Source: an uncultured Alphaproteobacteria bacterium (GTDB lineage Bacteria > Pseudomonadota > Alphaproteobacteria > HIMB59 > GCA-002718135). Taken from it: 64,000 nucleotides of DNA. A program made the position numbers and the translations under genes. The DNA lies in the NCBI GenBank assembly GCA_902577905.1, contig CACHAQ010000004.1:12206-76205 (forward strand), written 5' to 3'. Below, piece by piece: positions 8,809 through 17,820 of the stretch; position 1 is the first letter of the stretch; every line of letters begins with the position of its first letter. The notes under the pieces were generated by a model, which made no database searches, was not told where the DNA came from, and saw only the letters and a list, made by a program, of their open reading frames with translations.

Positions 8809-10635
8809 ATGAAAATACTCACTTTGATCTTTACGTTTACTCTAATTTTTCAATTAAAAGCACAAGCAAATACTAATATATCACATGCAATTGCAATGCA
8901 TGGCGAGCCAAAATACTCAAAAGATTTTGGAAATGTTGAATACATTAATCCAAATTCAATAAAGGGTGGATCAATAGTAAGAAGTGCCATTGGAAACTAT
9001 GACAGTTTCAATCCATTTATTTTAAAAGGTACCTCAGCAGCTGGAATTGGAGGATTGTATGAGACATTAACAACGGGATCAAGTGATGAGGCATTCACGG
9101 AATATGGATTATTGGCAGAAACGATTGAATGGCCAGATGATAGATCTTGGGTTTCATTTACATTAAGAAACGAAGCCTATTGGCACGATGGAAAAAAAAT
9201 TACAGCTGATGATGTTGTTTGGACATTTAATACCCTAATGGAGAAAGGTCATCCATTCTACAAATACTATTATGGAGATGTAAAAGAGGTAATTAAAGAG
9301 CAAGAAAATAAAGTGAGATTTAATTTTACAACAAATACGAATAAAGAATTAGTATTAATTGTTGGTCAATTACCTGTACTACCAAAGCATTATTGGGAAA
9401 ATAAAAACTTTGAAGAAACATCTCTAGAAATTCCAATTGGAAGCGGTCCATATAAAATTAAATCATTTGATAGTGGGAGATCAATTACTTATGAATTAGA
9501 TCAAAATTATTGGGGTTTTGGTGCATCAATACCAATTAAAATTGGTAAAGATAACTTTGGCACAATCAGATATGATTATTACAAAGACAGAGGTATTGAA
9601 AGAGAAGCTTTTAAATCTGGTGAAATTGATTTCTTCTCAGAAAATTCATCTAAAGAATGGGCAACCGCGTATGATATAAACGCTGTGAATGAAGGTTTAA
9701 TAAAAAAAGAATTAATAAATCATGAAAATCCTCAAGGCATGCAAGGTTTTGCATTTAATATTAGAAAAGATAAATTTAAAGATAGAAGAGTAAGAAAAGC
9801 TCTTTCTTATGCTTTTGACTTTGAATGGTCTAATAAAAATTTATTCTTTGATGCATATAAAAGAACAGATAGTTTTTTTGAAAATTCAGAACTTGCCTCC
9901 TCTGGTCTTCCTTCAAGAGAAGAATTAAATTATTTAAATCCATATTTTGATGTACTGCCAAAAGAAATATTTACAGAAGAATATACAAATCCAGTCACAG
10001 ATGGTTCAGGTTATATGAGGATGCAATTGCAAGAAGCTTCAAAACTTTTAGAAGAATCTGGATGGGAATTAGTTGATGGTAAACTTCTACATTCTAGTAC
10101 AAAAGAACCTTTTGAATTTGAAATCTTATTACGATCGCCAGCTTTTGAGAGAATAGTTTTTCCATTTAAAGATAATCTTGAAAAATTAGGAATAATGGCT
10201 GAGGTAAGAACAATCGATAGTGCTCAATATCAAAAAAGAATGGAAACTTTTGATTTTGATATGGTTGTGCAAACCTTCGGTCAATCTTTATCACCAGGTA
10301 ATGAGCAAAGAAATTTTTGGGGTTCTGATGCTGCAGACACTGATGGCTCTAGAAATGTTGTTGGTATTAAAAATTATGCTGTAGATGGATTAATTGAAAG
10401 TCTAATTAATGCTAGTGATAGAGAAGAGTTAATTACAATAACCAAAGCTCTTGATCGTGTTCTTCTATGGAATTACTATGTTATTCCTCAATGGCATATT
10501 TCATCATATAGAGTTTTATACTGGGATTTTTTTGATCAACCAAAAATAAAACCAAAATATTCTTTAGGCTTTGATACATGGTGGATTAATCAGAATAAAT
10601 TTGAAACAATCCAATCAAATAGAACATCAAACTAA
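8809..10635 (+). CDS. yejA: ABC transporter periplasmic substrate-binding protein, family 5 (YejA-like peptide/opine binding)
   Basis: Signal peptide, 608 aa and SBP family-5 architecture; first gene of a yejABEF-type operon. Confidence 0.65.
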   Translation: MKILTLIFTFTLIFQLKAQANTNISHAIAMHGEPKYSKDFGNVEYINPNSIKGGSIVRSAIGNYDSFNPFILKGTSAAGIGGLYETLTTGSSDEAFTEYGLLAETIEWPDDRSWVSFTLRNEAYWHDGKKITADDVVWTFNTLMEKGHPFYKYYYGDVKEVIKEQENKVRFNFTTNTNKELVLIVGQLPVLPKHYWENKNFEETSLEIPIGSGPYKIKSFDSGRSITYELDQNYWGFGASIPIKIGKDNFGTIRYDYYKDRGIEREAFKSGEIDFFSENSSKEWATAYDINAVNEGLIKKELINHENPQGMQGFAFNIRKDKFKDRRVRKALSYAFDFEWSNKNLFFDAYKRTDSFFENSELASSGLPSREELNYLNPYFDVLPKEIFTEEYTNPVTDGSGYMRMQLQEASKLLEESGWELVDGKLLHSSTKEPFEFEILLRSPAFERIVFPFKDNLEKLGIMAEVRTIDSAQYQKRMETFDFDMVVQTFGQSLSPGNEQRNFWGSDAADTDGSRNVVGIKNYAVDGLIESLINASDREELITITKALDRVLLWNYYVIPQWHISSYRVLYWDFFDQPKIKPKYSLGFDTWWINQNKFETIQSNRTSN

Positions 10636-10674
10636 TTATTAAAGTTTATTAGAAATAATATAAAATAGCACAAC

Positions 10675-11778
10675 ATGGGTGCATACTTAATAAAAAGACT
10701 TCTTTTAATTATCCCAACTCTTTTTGGGATAATGATTATAAATTTTGCAGTAATTCAAATTGTTCCAGGTGGCCCAGTAGAACAAATGATTGCACAAATG
10801 ACTGGTACAGCTGTTGAAACAACAGCTCGATTTTCTGGCGGTGGCGAGGGTGAAACTTTAGAGTTTAATCGAGATAATACTACATCAGTTAATGATAGTA
10901 AATATAGAGGAGCACAAGGCCTCGATCCAGATATTATAAAAGAAATAGAAAAGATGTATGGAATGGACAAACCAGCACATCAACGTTTTATAAAAATGTT
11001 AAAAGATTATTTAACCTTTGATTTTGGAGAAAGTTTTTTTAGAGATCAAAAAGTTACTTCTATAGTTTTAGATAAAATGCCAGTTTCAATATCACTTGGT
11101 TTATGGACAACTTTATTAGTATATTTAATATCTATTCCTCTCGGTATAAGAAAAGCGATAAAGGATGGATCAAAGTTTGATATAGTATCCAGTTCAATTG
11201 TAACAATTGGTTATGCAATTCCAAATTTTTTATTTGCTGTAATACTAATAGTATTTTTTGCAGGAGGAAGATTTTACGATATTTTTCCTCTAAGAGGTTT
11301 GTTTTCTGAAAATTTTGATGAATTAACGTTATTTCAAAAAATAGTGGATTACTTCTGGCATTTAGCACTACCTTTAACTGCGATGCTGGTAAGCGGGTTT
11401 GCTGGCTTGACTTTTTTAACAAAAAATTCATTTCTTGATCAAGTAAATCAACAATATGTAATTACAGCACGGTCTAAAGGTTTAACTGAAAGAAAGGTTC
11501 TTTATGGTCATGTGTTTAGAAATGCAATGTTAATAGTAATTGCTGGTTTTCCATCAGCATTTATTGGAATTCTTTTTTCAAGTTCTCTGTTCATTGAGGT
11601 AATTTTTTCTTTAGATGGTTTAGGTTTACTAGGATACGAAGCTGCTCTGACTAGAGATTATCCAGTTATATTTGCAACACTTTATTTTTTCTCATTACTC
11701 GGATTGGTTATGGGAATAATTGGCGATTTTATGTACTCAATTATTGATCCACGTATAGATTTTGAATCAAGACAATGA
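10675..11778 (+). CDS. yejB: ABC transporter permease (YejB-like)
   Basis: Multi-TM BPD_transp_1 type permease with a long periplasmic loop after TM1. Confidence 0.65.
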   Translation: MGAYLIKRLLLIIPTLFGIMIINFAVIQIVPGGPVEQMIAQMTGTAVETTARFSGGGEGETLEFNRDNTTSVNDSKYRGAQGLDPDIIKEIEKMYGMDKPAHQRFIKMLKDYLTFDFGESFFRDQKVTSIVLDKMPVSISLGLWTTLLVYLISIPLGIRKAIKDGSKFDIVSSSIVTIGYAIPNFLFAVILIVFFAGGRFYDIFPLRGLFSENFDELTLFQKIVDYFWHLALPLTAMLVSGFAGLTFLTKNSFLDQVNQQYVITARSKGLTERKVLYGHVFRNAMLIVIAGFPSAFIGILFSSSLFIEVIFSLDGLGLLGYEAALTRDYPVIFATLYFFSLLGLVMGIIGDFMYSIIDPRIDFESRQ

Positions 11779-12803
11779 AGAAATTATCAAAATTAAATCA
11801 AAGAAGAGTGAATAATTTTAAGAACAATAAAAGAGGTTATTATTCTTTTTGGATATTCAGTTTTTTGTTTATTATTTCTTTGTTTGCTAATTTTATTGCA
11901 AATGAAAAACCCTTATTAGTAAAATATAACTCAAACTTTTATTATCCAATATTTTCTTTCTATTCAGAAACAACATTTGGAGGAGATTTTGAAACAGAGG
12001 CAGATTATAAAGATCCATATGTTAAAAACTTAATTGAGGAAAATGGTTGGATGATTATGCCTATAATTCCATATTCGTATAATACTATAATAAGAGATTT
12101 ATCCGCTCCAGCTCCTTCACCGCCTTCGAATAAAAATTGGCTTGGTACTGATGATCAAGCAAGAGATGTACTATCAAGATTAATTTATGGTTTTCGAATA
12201 TCCGTATTATTTGGATTTACTTTAACATTTTTTTCGATGATTATAGGAGTATCTGCAGGAGCAATACAGGGTTATTTTGGTGGAAAGACTGATTTATTCT
12301 TCCAAAGATTCATGGAAGTTTGGTCAGCCGTTCCAACTTTGTATGTCTTAATAATTTTGGCTAGTGTAATTCAACCAAATTTTTGGTGGCTTTTAATTAT
12401 CTTATTACTTTTTAGTTGGATGGGTTATGTTGGTGTAGTTCGTGCAGAATTTTTAAGAGCAAGGAATTTTGACTATATAAGAGCTGCAAAAGCACTAGGT
12501 GTTTCGAACATAAGAATAATGATTAGGCACATGTTACCTAATGCTACTATTGCTACTGTTACTTTTCTTCCATTCAGTTTAAGCGCTTCTGTAACTGCAT
12601 TATCAGGTCTTGATTTTTTAGGTTTTGGCTTACCACCAGGGTCAGCATCATTAGGAGAAATGGTAAATCAAGGAAGGAATAATTTACAAGCTCCATGGCT
12701 TGGAATTACAAGTTTTTTAACCTTAGGTTTGATGTTAGGTCTTTTAGTTTTTGTAGGTGAAGCAATTAGAGACTCTTTAGATCCCAGAAAGACTTTTAAT
12801 TAA
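11775..12803 (+). CDS. yejE: ABC transporter permease (YejE-like)
   Basis: WLGTDDQARDVLSRLIYG motif is typical of DppC/YejE permeases; 4-nt overlap with yejB. Confidence 0.65.
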   Translation: MKKLSKLNQRRVNNFKNNKRGYYSFWIFSFLFIISLFANFIANEKPLLVKYNSNFYYPIFSFYSETTFGGDFETEADYKDPYVKNLIEENGWMIMPIIPYSYNTIIRDLSAPAPSPPSNKNWLGTDDQARDVLSRLIYGFRISVLFGFTLTFFSMIIGVSAGAIQGYFGGKTDLFFQRFMEVWSAVPTLYVLIILASVIQPNFWWLLIILLLFSWMGYVGVVRAEFLRARNFDYIRAAKALGVSNIRIMIRHMLPNATIATVTFLPFSLSASVTALSGLDFLGFGLPPGSASLGEMVNQGRNNLQAPWLGITSFLTLGLMLGLLVFVGEAIRDSLDPRKTFN

Positions 12804-12804
12804 A

Positions 12805-14382
12805 ATGGATAAAATAGTTTCAATACAAAATCTTACAATTGAATTTAATAGAAACATTGAGGTAGTAAAGAATATAAATCTAGATGTTATAAAAGGAAAA
12901 ACTACCGCTATTGTTGGTGAGTCAGGTTCAGGCAAAACTTTATCTGCACTAAGTATTTTAAAGCTACTACCTAATGGTGCTGATATTAAGAATGGTAATA
13001 TATTTTTTAATAATGTTAATTTATTGAAATTAAATGAAAGTGAAATACAAAAAATAAGAGGAAATAAAATTTCTACAATTTTTCAAGAACCCATGACAAG
13101 TTTAAATCCTTTGCACACAATTAACAAACAAATTGAGGAGATCATTACAACACACAATGTAATTACCAAGAATGAAGCTAAAATAAAAACTATAAATTTA
13201 TTAAAAGAAGTGGGTTTAGATAACATTGCAACAAGGCCAAAAATATATCCTTATGAATTATCAGGTGGACAGAGACAAAGAGCTATGATCGCAATGAGTA
13301 TTGCTAATAGCCCAGAAGTTCTTATTGCTGATGAGCCAACAACAGCATTAGATGTTACGATTCAACTACAAATTTTAGAACTGCTAAAAAATATACAATC
13401 AAGACTGGGTATGTCTCTAGTTTTTATAAGTCATGATTTATCAGTAGTAAAAAAATTATCAGATTATATTTATGTAATGAAAAATGGTAAAATTGTAGAA
13501 TTTGGGACAAATGATGAAATATTTAATAATCCAAAAAATGATTATACAAGAGAATTAGTTTCTTATCAGAGTAATATTAAAGAGAGCAAAAATTTTGATT
13601 CAGATTCTATCTTAAAAGTTGAGAATTTAAATGTATGGTACCCAATTAAAAAAGGTCTTCTAAAAAGAACAGTTGACTATGTAAAAGCAATTAAAAATGT
13701 CAGTTTTGATTTAAAAATTGGTGAAAGTATTGGTATCGTTGGAGAGTCAGGTTCAGGAAAAACATCTCTTATTTTAGCAATTTTAAATTTAATAAATTCA
13801 AAAGGAAAAATAAAAATAAATAAAAAAGATCTTAATCAATTAAATAAAAAGGAAATGCTAAATTTAAGAAAGGAAATACAGATTGTCTTTCAAGATCCAT
13901 TTTCATCATTAAGTCCAAGAATGAATATAGAGGATATTATTTCTGAAGGTTTGTTAATTCATTATCCAAGTATAAGTAAAAAGGAAAAAGAAGAAAAAAT
14001 AAAAAATATATTAGATAAAGTTGGATTAGAGTATAAAAATACAATTGAAAAATACCCTCATGAATTTTCAGGAGGTCAACGTCAAAGAATTGCAATTGCA
14101 AGAGCTCTAATTTTAGAACCAAAAATTTTAATATTAGATGAACCTACTTCAGCTTTAGATGTAACAATACAAAATCAAATAATAAATCTTTTAAATAAAC
14201 TACAAAAACAACTTCAGCTTAGCTACATATTTATTAGTCATGATATGACAGTCATCAAAGCAATATCAGACAGAATAATTGTATTAAAAGATGGTTTAAT
14301 TGTAGAAGAAAATATTAGTAGTAATTTATTTAATACTCCTAAATCAGAGTATACTAAAAAACTTATTTCTTCTGTTGTATAG
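12805..14382 (+). CDS. yejF: ABC transporter ATP-binding protein with duplicated ATPase cassette (YejF-like)
   Basis: Two Walker A motifs (GESGSGKT twice), two LSGGQRQR signatures and two Walker B motifs. Confidence 0.75.
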   Translation: MDKIVSIQNLTIEFNRNIEVVKNINLDVIKGKTTAIVGESGSGKTLSALSILKLLPNGADIKNGNIFFNNVNLLKLNESEIQKIRGNKISTIFQEPMTSLNPLHTINKQIEEIITTHNVITKNEAKIKTINLLKEVGLDNIATRPKIYPYELSGGQRQRAMIAMSIANSPEVLIADEPTTALDVTIQLQILELLKNIQSRLGMSLVFISHDLSVVKKLSDYIYVMKNGKIVEFGTNDEIFNNPKNDYTRELVSYQSNIKESKNFDSDSILKVENLNVWYPIKKGLLKRTVDYVKAIKNVSFDLKIGESIGIVGESGSGKTSLILAILNLINSKGKIKINKKDLNQLNKKEMLNLRKEIQIVFQDPFSSLSPRMNIEDIISEGLLIHYPSISKKEKEEKIKNILDKVGLEYKNTIEKYPHEFSGGQRQRIAIARALILEPKILILDEPTSALDVTIQNQIINLLNKLQKQLQLSYIFISHDMTVIKAISDRIIVLKDGLIVEENISSNLFNTPKSEYTKKLISSVV

Positions 14383-16368
14383 ATGAATCCAATAGAGCCA
14401 TCAGAAAATAAAATAAAAGAATTAATATCATTATTTGATAAAAAAAAATTTGATCAACTTTTGAAATTATCAAATGAACTAATAGATAAATTTCCTAACT
14501 CTATTCTTATTCAAAATATACAAGGTGTAGTACACACAGAACTTAAAAATTATAAATTAGCCAAAAATTTATTTATCAAAGTAGTTAATCTAAGCCCAAA
14601 TTATACTGATGGTCATTATAACTTAGCTAATGTTTACAACAAATTAGATGAAAAAGAGAGAGCAATAGAAAGTTATAATAAGGTTATAAAACTAGACATT
14701 AATTATTTTAAAGCTCATAATAATCTAGGAAATATATATAGAAAAAAAGGGTTAAATAAGAGGGCTATTGAATGTTATTTATCAACTTTAGAAATCAATT
14801 CAAATTATAAAGTAGCATATTACAACTTAGCAGGGGTACTTCAGTTTTACATATTAGATAAAGAGAATAAAAATATCAATAAATATCTTTTACATCTTTT
14901 AAAAGAAAAAATTATTGTTAGACCAAATTCTATTGCTCCTAATATTTTAAATGGTTTATATTTAAATACAGATTTGAAGAATAACTTATCTTTAATTAAG
15001 GATAAAATAACTAATGAAGATTTAAATTATATTTTAGAAAATTTACAGAACAACTCTCTTCTAATGCAATTTATGAAAGTGTGTCCTATTCCTGATTATT
15101 ATATCGAAAAAAATTTTGTTAAGATAAGAAAAGAAATTTTAAACCAAACATACAAATTAAATATTGATAAAAATCACATTAATTTTTTAATTTCTTTATC
15201 TATGCAATGTTTTCTTAATGAATATATTTATGACCAATCAAAAGATGAGATAGAAAAAATAAAAAAAATTGATGAAAGAATTAAAAACAATTTAAAAGAA
15301 AATAAAGAAATCAGTGATTTAGATATATTGTGCTTATTATGTTATGAACCTTTAACTAATTTTAGTTGGTCAAATAAAGTTAAATTTTCAGATAAATTAA
15401 ATGAAATATTTAAATTACATCTAAATCACAATGAAATTGAAATTCAAATATCTAAATCAATAAAGTCTATATCGAAAGTAGAGGATCACGTTTCAATTAA
15501 GGTAAAAAAACAATATGAAGAAAACCCTTATCCTAGATGGGAAAATCTTGGATTAAGTATTGAACCTAGAGAAATTAAAGAGGTAATAAATGATAACGAT
15601 TTAAATTTAGATTTAAAAAAAATAACAAACTCTGAAAGCCCTGAAATTCTAATTGCCGGTTGTGGCACTGGTCAGCATGCCATTACAACTGCTTCAAAAT
15701 ATAAAAAATCTAAAATACTTGCCCTCGATTTAAGTTTTAAAAGTTTATCTTATGCAAAAAGAAAGGCAAATGAGCTCAACATTAATAATATTGATTTTAT
15801 TCAAGGGGATATTTTAGATTTAGAATCAATAGGTAGAAAGTTTGATATAATTGAATCAGTTGGTGTTCTACATCATATGGATAATCCATTTAAAGGATGG
15901 AAAATATTAACATCATGTTTAAATAAAGATTCTTTAATGCTAATAGGATTATATAGTCAAAAGGCTAGAAAACACATAATTCAAATTAGAAATAAAATTA
16001 ATGATCTTAAACTAGAGCATAATTATAAAAATATCATTAAATTTAGAAAGGATCTAATAGAGAGTAATAATGACCAATGGAATGATATTATATCAAGTCC
16101 AGATTTTTATACAGTAAGTGGCGTGAGAGATTTATTATTTCATGTTCAAGAACATAGGTTTACAATAAATACAATTAAAGAATATTTAAATAAATTAGGA
16201 TTAACATTTCTTGGATTTGAAGATAAATTAGTTAAAGAAAATTTCAAAAAAATTTATTTAAATAAAGTTGATATATATAATCTTGATAAGTGGGAAGAAT
16301 ATGAAAAGTCTAATCCAAGGATCTTTGCAGGAATGTATCAATTTTGGTGCAAAAAAATTAATATTTAA
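14383..16368 (+). CDS. TPR-repeat / unknown central domain / class I SAM-dependent methyltransferase fusion protein
   Basis: About four TPR units in residues 30-160 (NLANVY, NLGNIY, YNLAGV). The C-terminus has IAGCGTGQH (motif I), LALDLS, GDILDL and ESVGVLHHM. The ATG directly abuts the yejF stop. Confidence 0.7.
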   Translation: MNPIEPSENKIKELISLFDKKKFDQLLKLSNELIDKFPNSILIQNIQGVVHTELKNYKLAKNLFIKVVNLSPNYTDGHYNLANVYNKLDEKERAIESYNKVIKLDINYFKAHNNLGNIYRKKGLNKRAIECYLSTLEINSNYKVAYYNLAGVLQFYILDKENKNINKYLLHLLKEKIIVRPNSIAPNILNGLYLNTDLKNNLSLIKDKITNEDLNYILENLQNNSLLMQFMKVCPIPDYYIEKNFVKIRKEILNQTYKLNIDKNHINFLISLSMQCFLNEYIYDQSKDEIEKIKKIDERIKNNLKENKEISDLDILCLLCYEPLTNFSWSNKVKFSDKLNEIFKLHLNHNEIEIQISKSIKSISKVEDHVSIKVKKQYEENPYPRWENLGLSIEPREIKEVINDNDLNLDLKKITNSESPEILIAGCGTGQHAITTASKYKKSKILALDLSFKSLSYAKRKANELNINNIDFIQGDILDLESIGRKFDIIESVGVLHHMDNPFKGWKILTSCLNKDSLMLIGLYSQKARKHIIQIRNKINDLKLEHNYKNIIKFRKDLIESNNDQWNDIISSPDFYTVSGVRDLLFHVQEHRFTINTIKEYLNKLGLTFLGFEDKLVKENFKKIYLNKVDIYNLDKWEEYEKSNPRIFAGMYQFWCKKINI

Positions 16369-16375
16369 TGCTAGA

Positions 16376-16445
16376 TGGCGGAAAGAGAGGGATTCGAACC
16401 CTCGGTAGTATTGCTACTACACACGCTTTCCAAGCGTGCTGATTA
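16376..16445 (-). repeat. Non-functional copy of the 3' 70 nt of tRNA-Ser(GGA) (att-like direct repeat, left copy)
   Basis: 69/70 identical to 17674-17743 in the same orientation. It lacks the 5' acceptor strand and D-arm. Confidence 0.9.
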
Positions 16446-16505
16446 TTAGAGAGTTAGAGGATTACAACGATTATTTAGAGTTAATTTTTTATTTTCTTAT
16501 AGTAA

Positions 16506-16524
16506 GTGCAGCCTATATGTAGCC
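16506..16524. repeat. 19-bp repeat GTGCAGCC-TAT-ATGTAGCC (left copy of a nested pair)
   Basis: 17/19 identical to 17609-17627; lies 8 nt beyond the stop of the SHOCT-domain ORF. Confidence 0.8.
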
Positions 16525-16531
16525 AAAATTT

Positions 16532-17590
16532 TTATAATTCATCTAAAATTTCCTTACGTTTTTCATCATATTCTTCTTTAGTTATTAATTCTTTATCAAA
16601 AATTGATTTTAATTTGATTAATCTATCCTCCAAAGATTGGTCAATTTTTTTACTTTCCGCAGTATTATCTAAATTAATTTTATTTTTTTTATTGTTTGAA
16701 TTATTATCTAAGCTTGTATTTTGATTTATGATATTATCATCTTCACAATTTTTAATTTCAAAAATCATATCAAGTTTTTCATAACCACTCAGATCAAAGT
16801 TACTTAAACCACTATCAATAGTTTCTCCAAAGTCTGCAAAAATTGAAAATTTATAACTACCATGAAAATATATACCTGTTGCGATATCAATTAATTGATA
16901 TCCGATAAAAGTAAAATTGCTCTTTGCAGGAAAATTCTCATATTTATGTTTGGTATTAAATTCCGCTACAAGTACATTTCTTCCGTTAAAACAACTTGTA
17001 CCCATTATTTTAGGTTGAATAACTTCAGGCATGGCATCAAGCAAATTGAATTTATCAGTAAGCTGTAAGTCAGAGCGAGATAATCCTTCAACACCTACTA
17101 AGCCTAATACATACGATTTAAAGGGATAATCAATTAAAACATCATTAGTTTTATATTTTTTTTTATATTCAAAGAATGAAGATTCAATAAATGTATCTAT
17201 AAATTTTTTATATTTTTTTTTTCTTAACTTATACCAACCACCATCATAATCAGTGATCCAAAAAATAGAATTTTTTACTTCACCATTAGGAGTTAAATAA
17301 ATATCGACTTTATATGTAGTATCTCCAACTATTTTTAAAATAATTTCAATAATTAAAGTCTCGCTATTATTTTTTTTTATTGAAATACTTTGATTGAATA
17401 TTTGAGTCTCTTTTTCACCTAAGCTTGTGTATTCACTTGTAGATTTACCACTTAATTTTCCTTCAAAAAAATTATATTTTAACTTGATTGGGTCAGATAT
17501 TTTCTTAATATTTCCTGGGTAACTTAAAGCATTAACACTTAAATTAAAAAAAGTTAAAATTATAATAAAACAATAATAACGTAAACTCAT
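16532..17590 (-). CDS. Orphan secreted protein with C-terminal SHOCT domain
   Basis: Signal peptide MSLRYYCFIIILTFFNLSVNALS, a beta-rich body with no recognised motif, an N/K-rich linker and a terminal LEDRLIKLKSIFDKELITKEEYDEKRKEILDEL (SHOCT-like). The GTG at 17605 is the alternative start used on the ORF track. Confidence 0.6.
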   Translation of the reverse strand: MSLRYYCFIIILTFFNLSVNALSYPGNIKKISDPIKLKYNFFEGKLSGKSTSEYTSLGEKETQIFNQSISIKKNNSETLIIEIILKIVGDTTYKVDIYLTPNGEVKNSIFWITDYDGGWYKLRKKKYKKFIDTFIESSFFEYKKKYKTNDVLIDYPFKSYVLGLVGVEGLSRSDLQLTDKFNLLDAMPEVIQPKIMGTSCFNGRNVLVAEFNTKHKYENFPAKSNFTFIGYQLIDIATGIYFHGSYKFSIFADFGETIDSGLSNFDLSGYEKLDMIFEIKNCEDDNIINQNTSLDNNSNNKKNKINLDNTAESKKIDQSLEDRLIKLKSIFDKELITKEEYDEKRKEILDEL

Positions 17591-17608
17591 AAAAAAATTT
17601 AACACATT

Positions 17609-17627
17609 GTGTAGCCTATGTGTAGCC
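17609..17627. repeat. 19-bp repeat GTGTAGCC-TAT-GTGTAGCC (right copy; perfect internal 8-mer duplication at 11-bp phase)
   Basis: Direct reading of the sequence; located 19 nt upstream of the ATG at 17590 of the SHOCT-domain ORF. Confidence 0.8.
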
Positions 17628-17673
17628 TAAATTAATTCTGAATAATTAAACGTGACTGTAATTTTGATATTTA

Positions 17674-17763
17674 TGGCGGAGAGAGAGGGATTCGAACCCT
17701 CGGTAGTATTGCTACTACACACGCTTTCCAAGCGTGCTGATTAAACCGCTCTCACATCTCTCC
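17674..17763 (-). tRNA. tRNA-Ser (anticodon GGA), CCA encoded
   Basis: The minus strand reads GGAGAGAUG...CUUGGAAAG...GUAGUAGCAAUACUACC...GAGGGUUCGAAUCCCUCUCUCUCCGCCA. It has a 7-bp acceptor stem, anticodon loop UUGGAAA, a long variable arm and a T-loop UUCGAAU. Confidence 0.9.
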
Positions 17764-17820
17764 AATTATAAAGAATTATTATAATAATTATTTTTTATAT
17801 TAATTAAACAAAAGTATTAT

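Larger units (their letters stand above)
16376..17743. mobile_element. Putative integrase-less island remnant or cassette bounded by tRNA-Ser 3' direct repeats
   Basis: 70-nt direct repeats (attL/attR-like) flank about 1.2 kb carrying a single orphan ORF. No recombinase gene is present. Confidence 0.5.

Noticed and set aside
16376-16445. A possible second tRNA-Ser gene.
   Set aside because: Only the 3' 70 nt are present: the T-arm, variable arm, anticodon arm and part of the D-arm. The upstream sequence (…CCTCTAACTCTCTAATAA) cannot form the 5' acceptor strand GGAAAGA or the D-stem. It is treated as an att-like repeat.
16506-16724. A plus-strand 72-aa ORF overlapping the 3' end of the SHOCT-domain gene.
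   Set aside because: It is antisense to the better-supported 350-aa ORF. Its product is a low-complexity Ser/Leu/Phe sequence.
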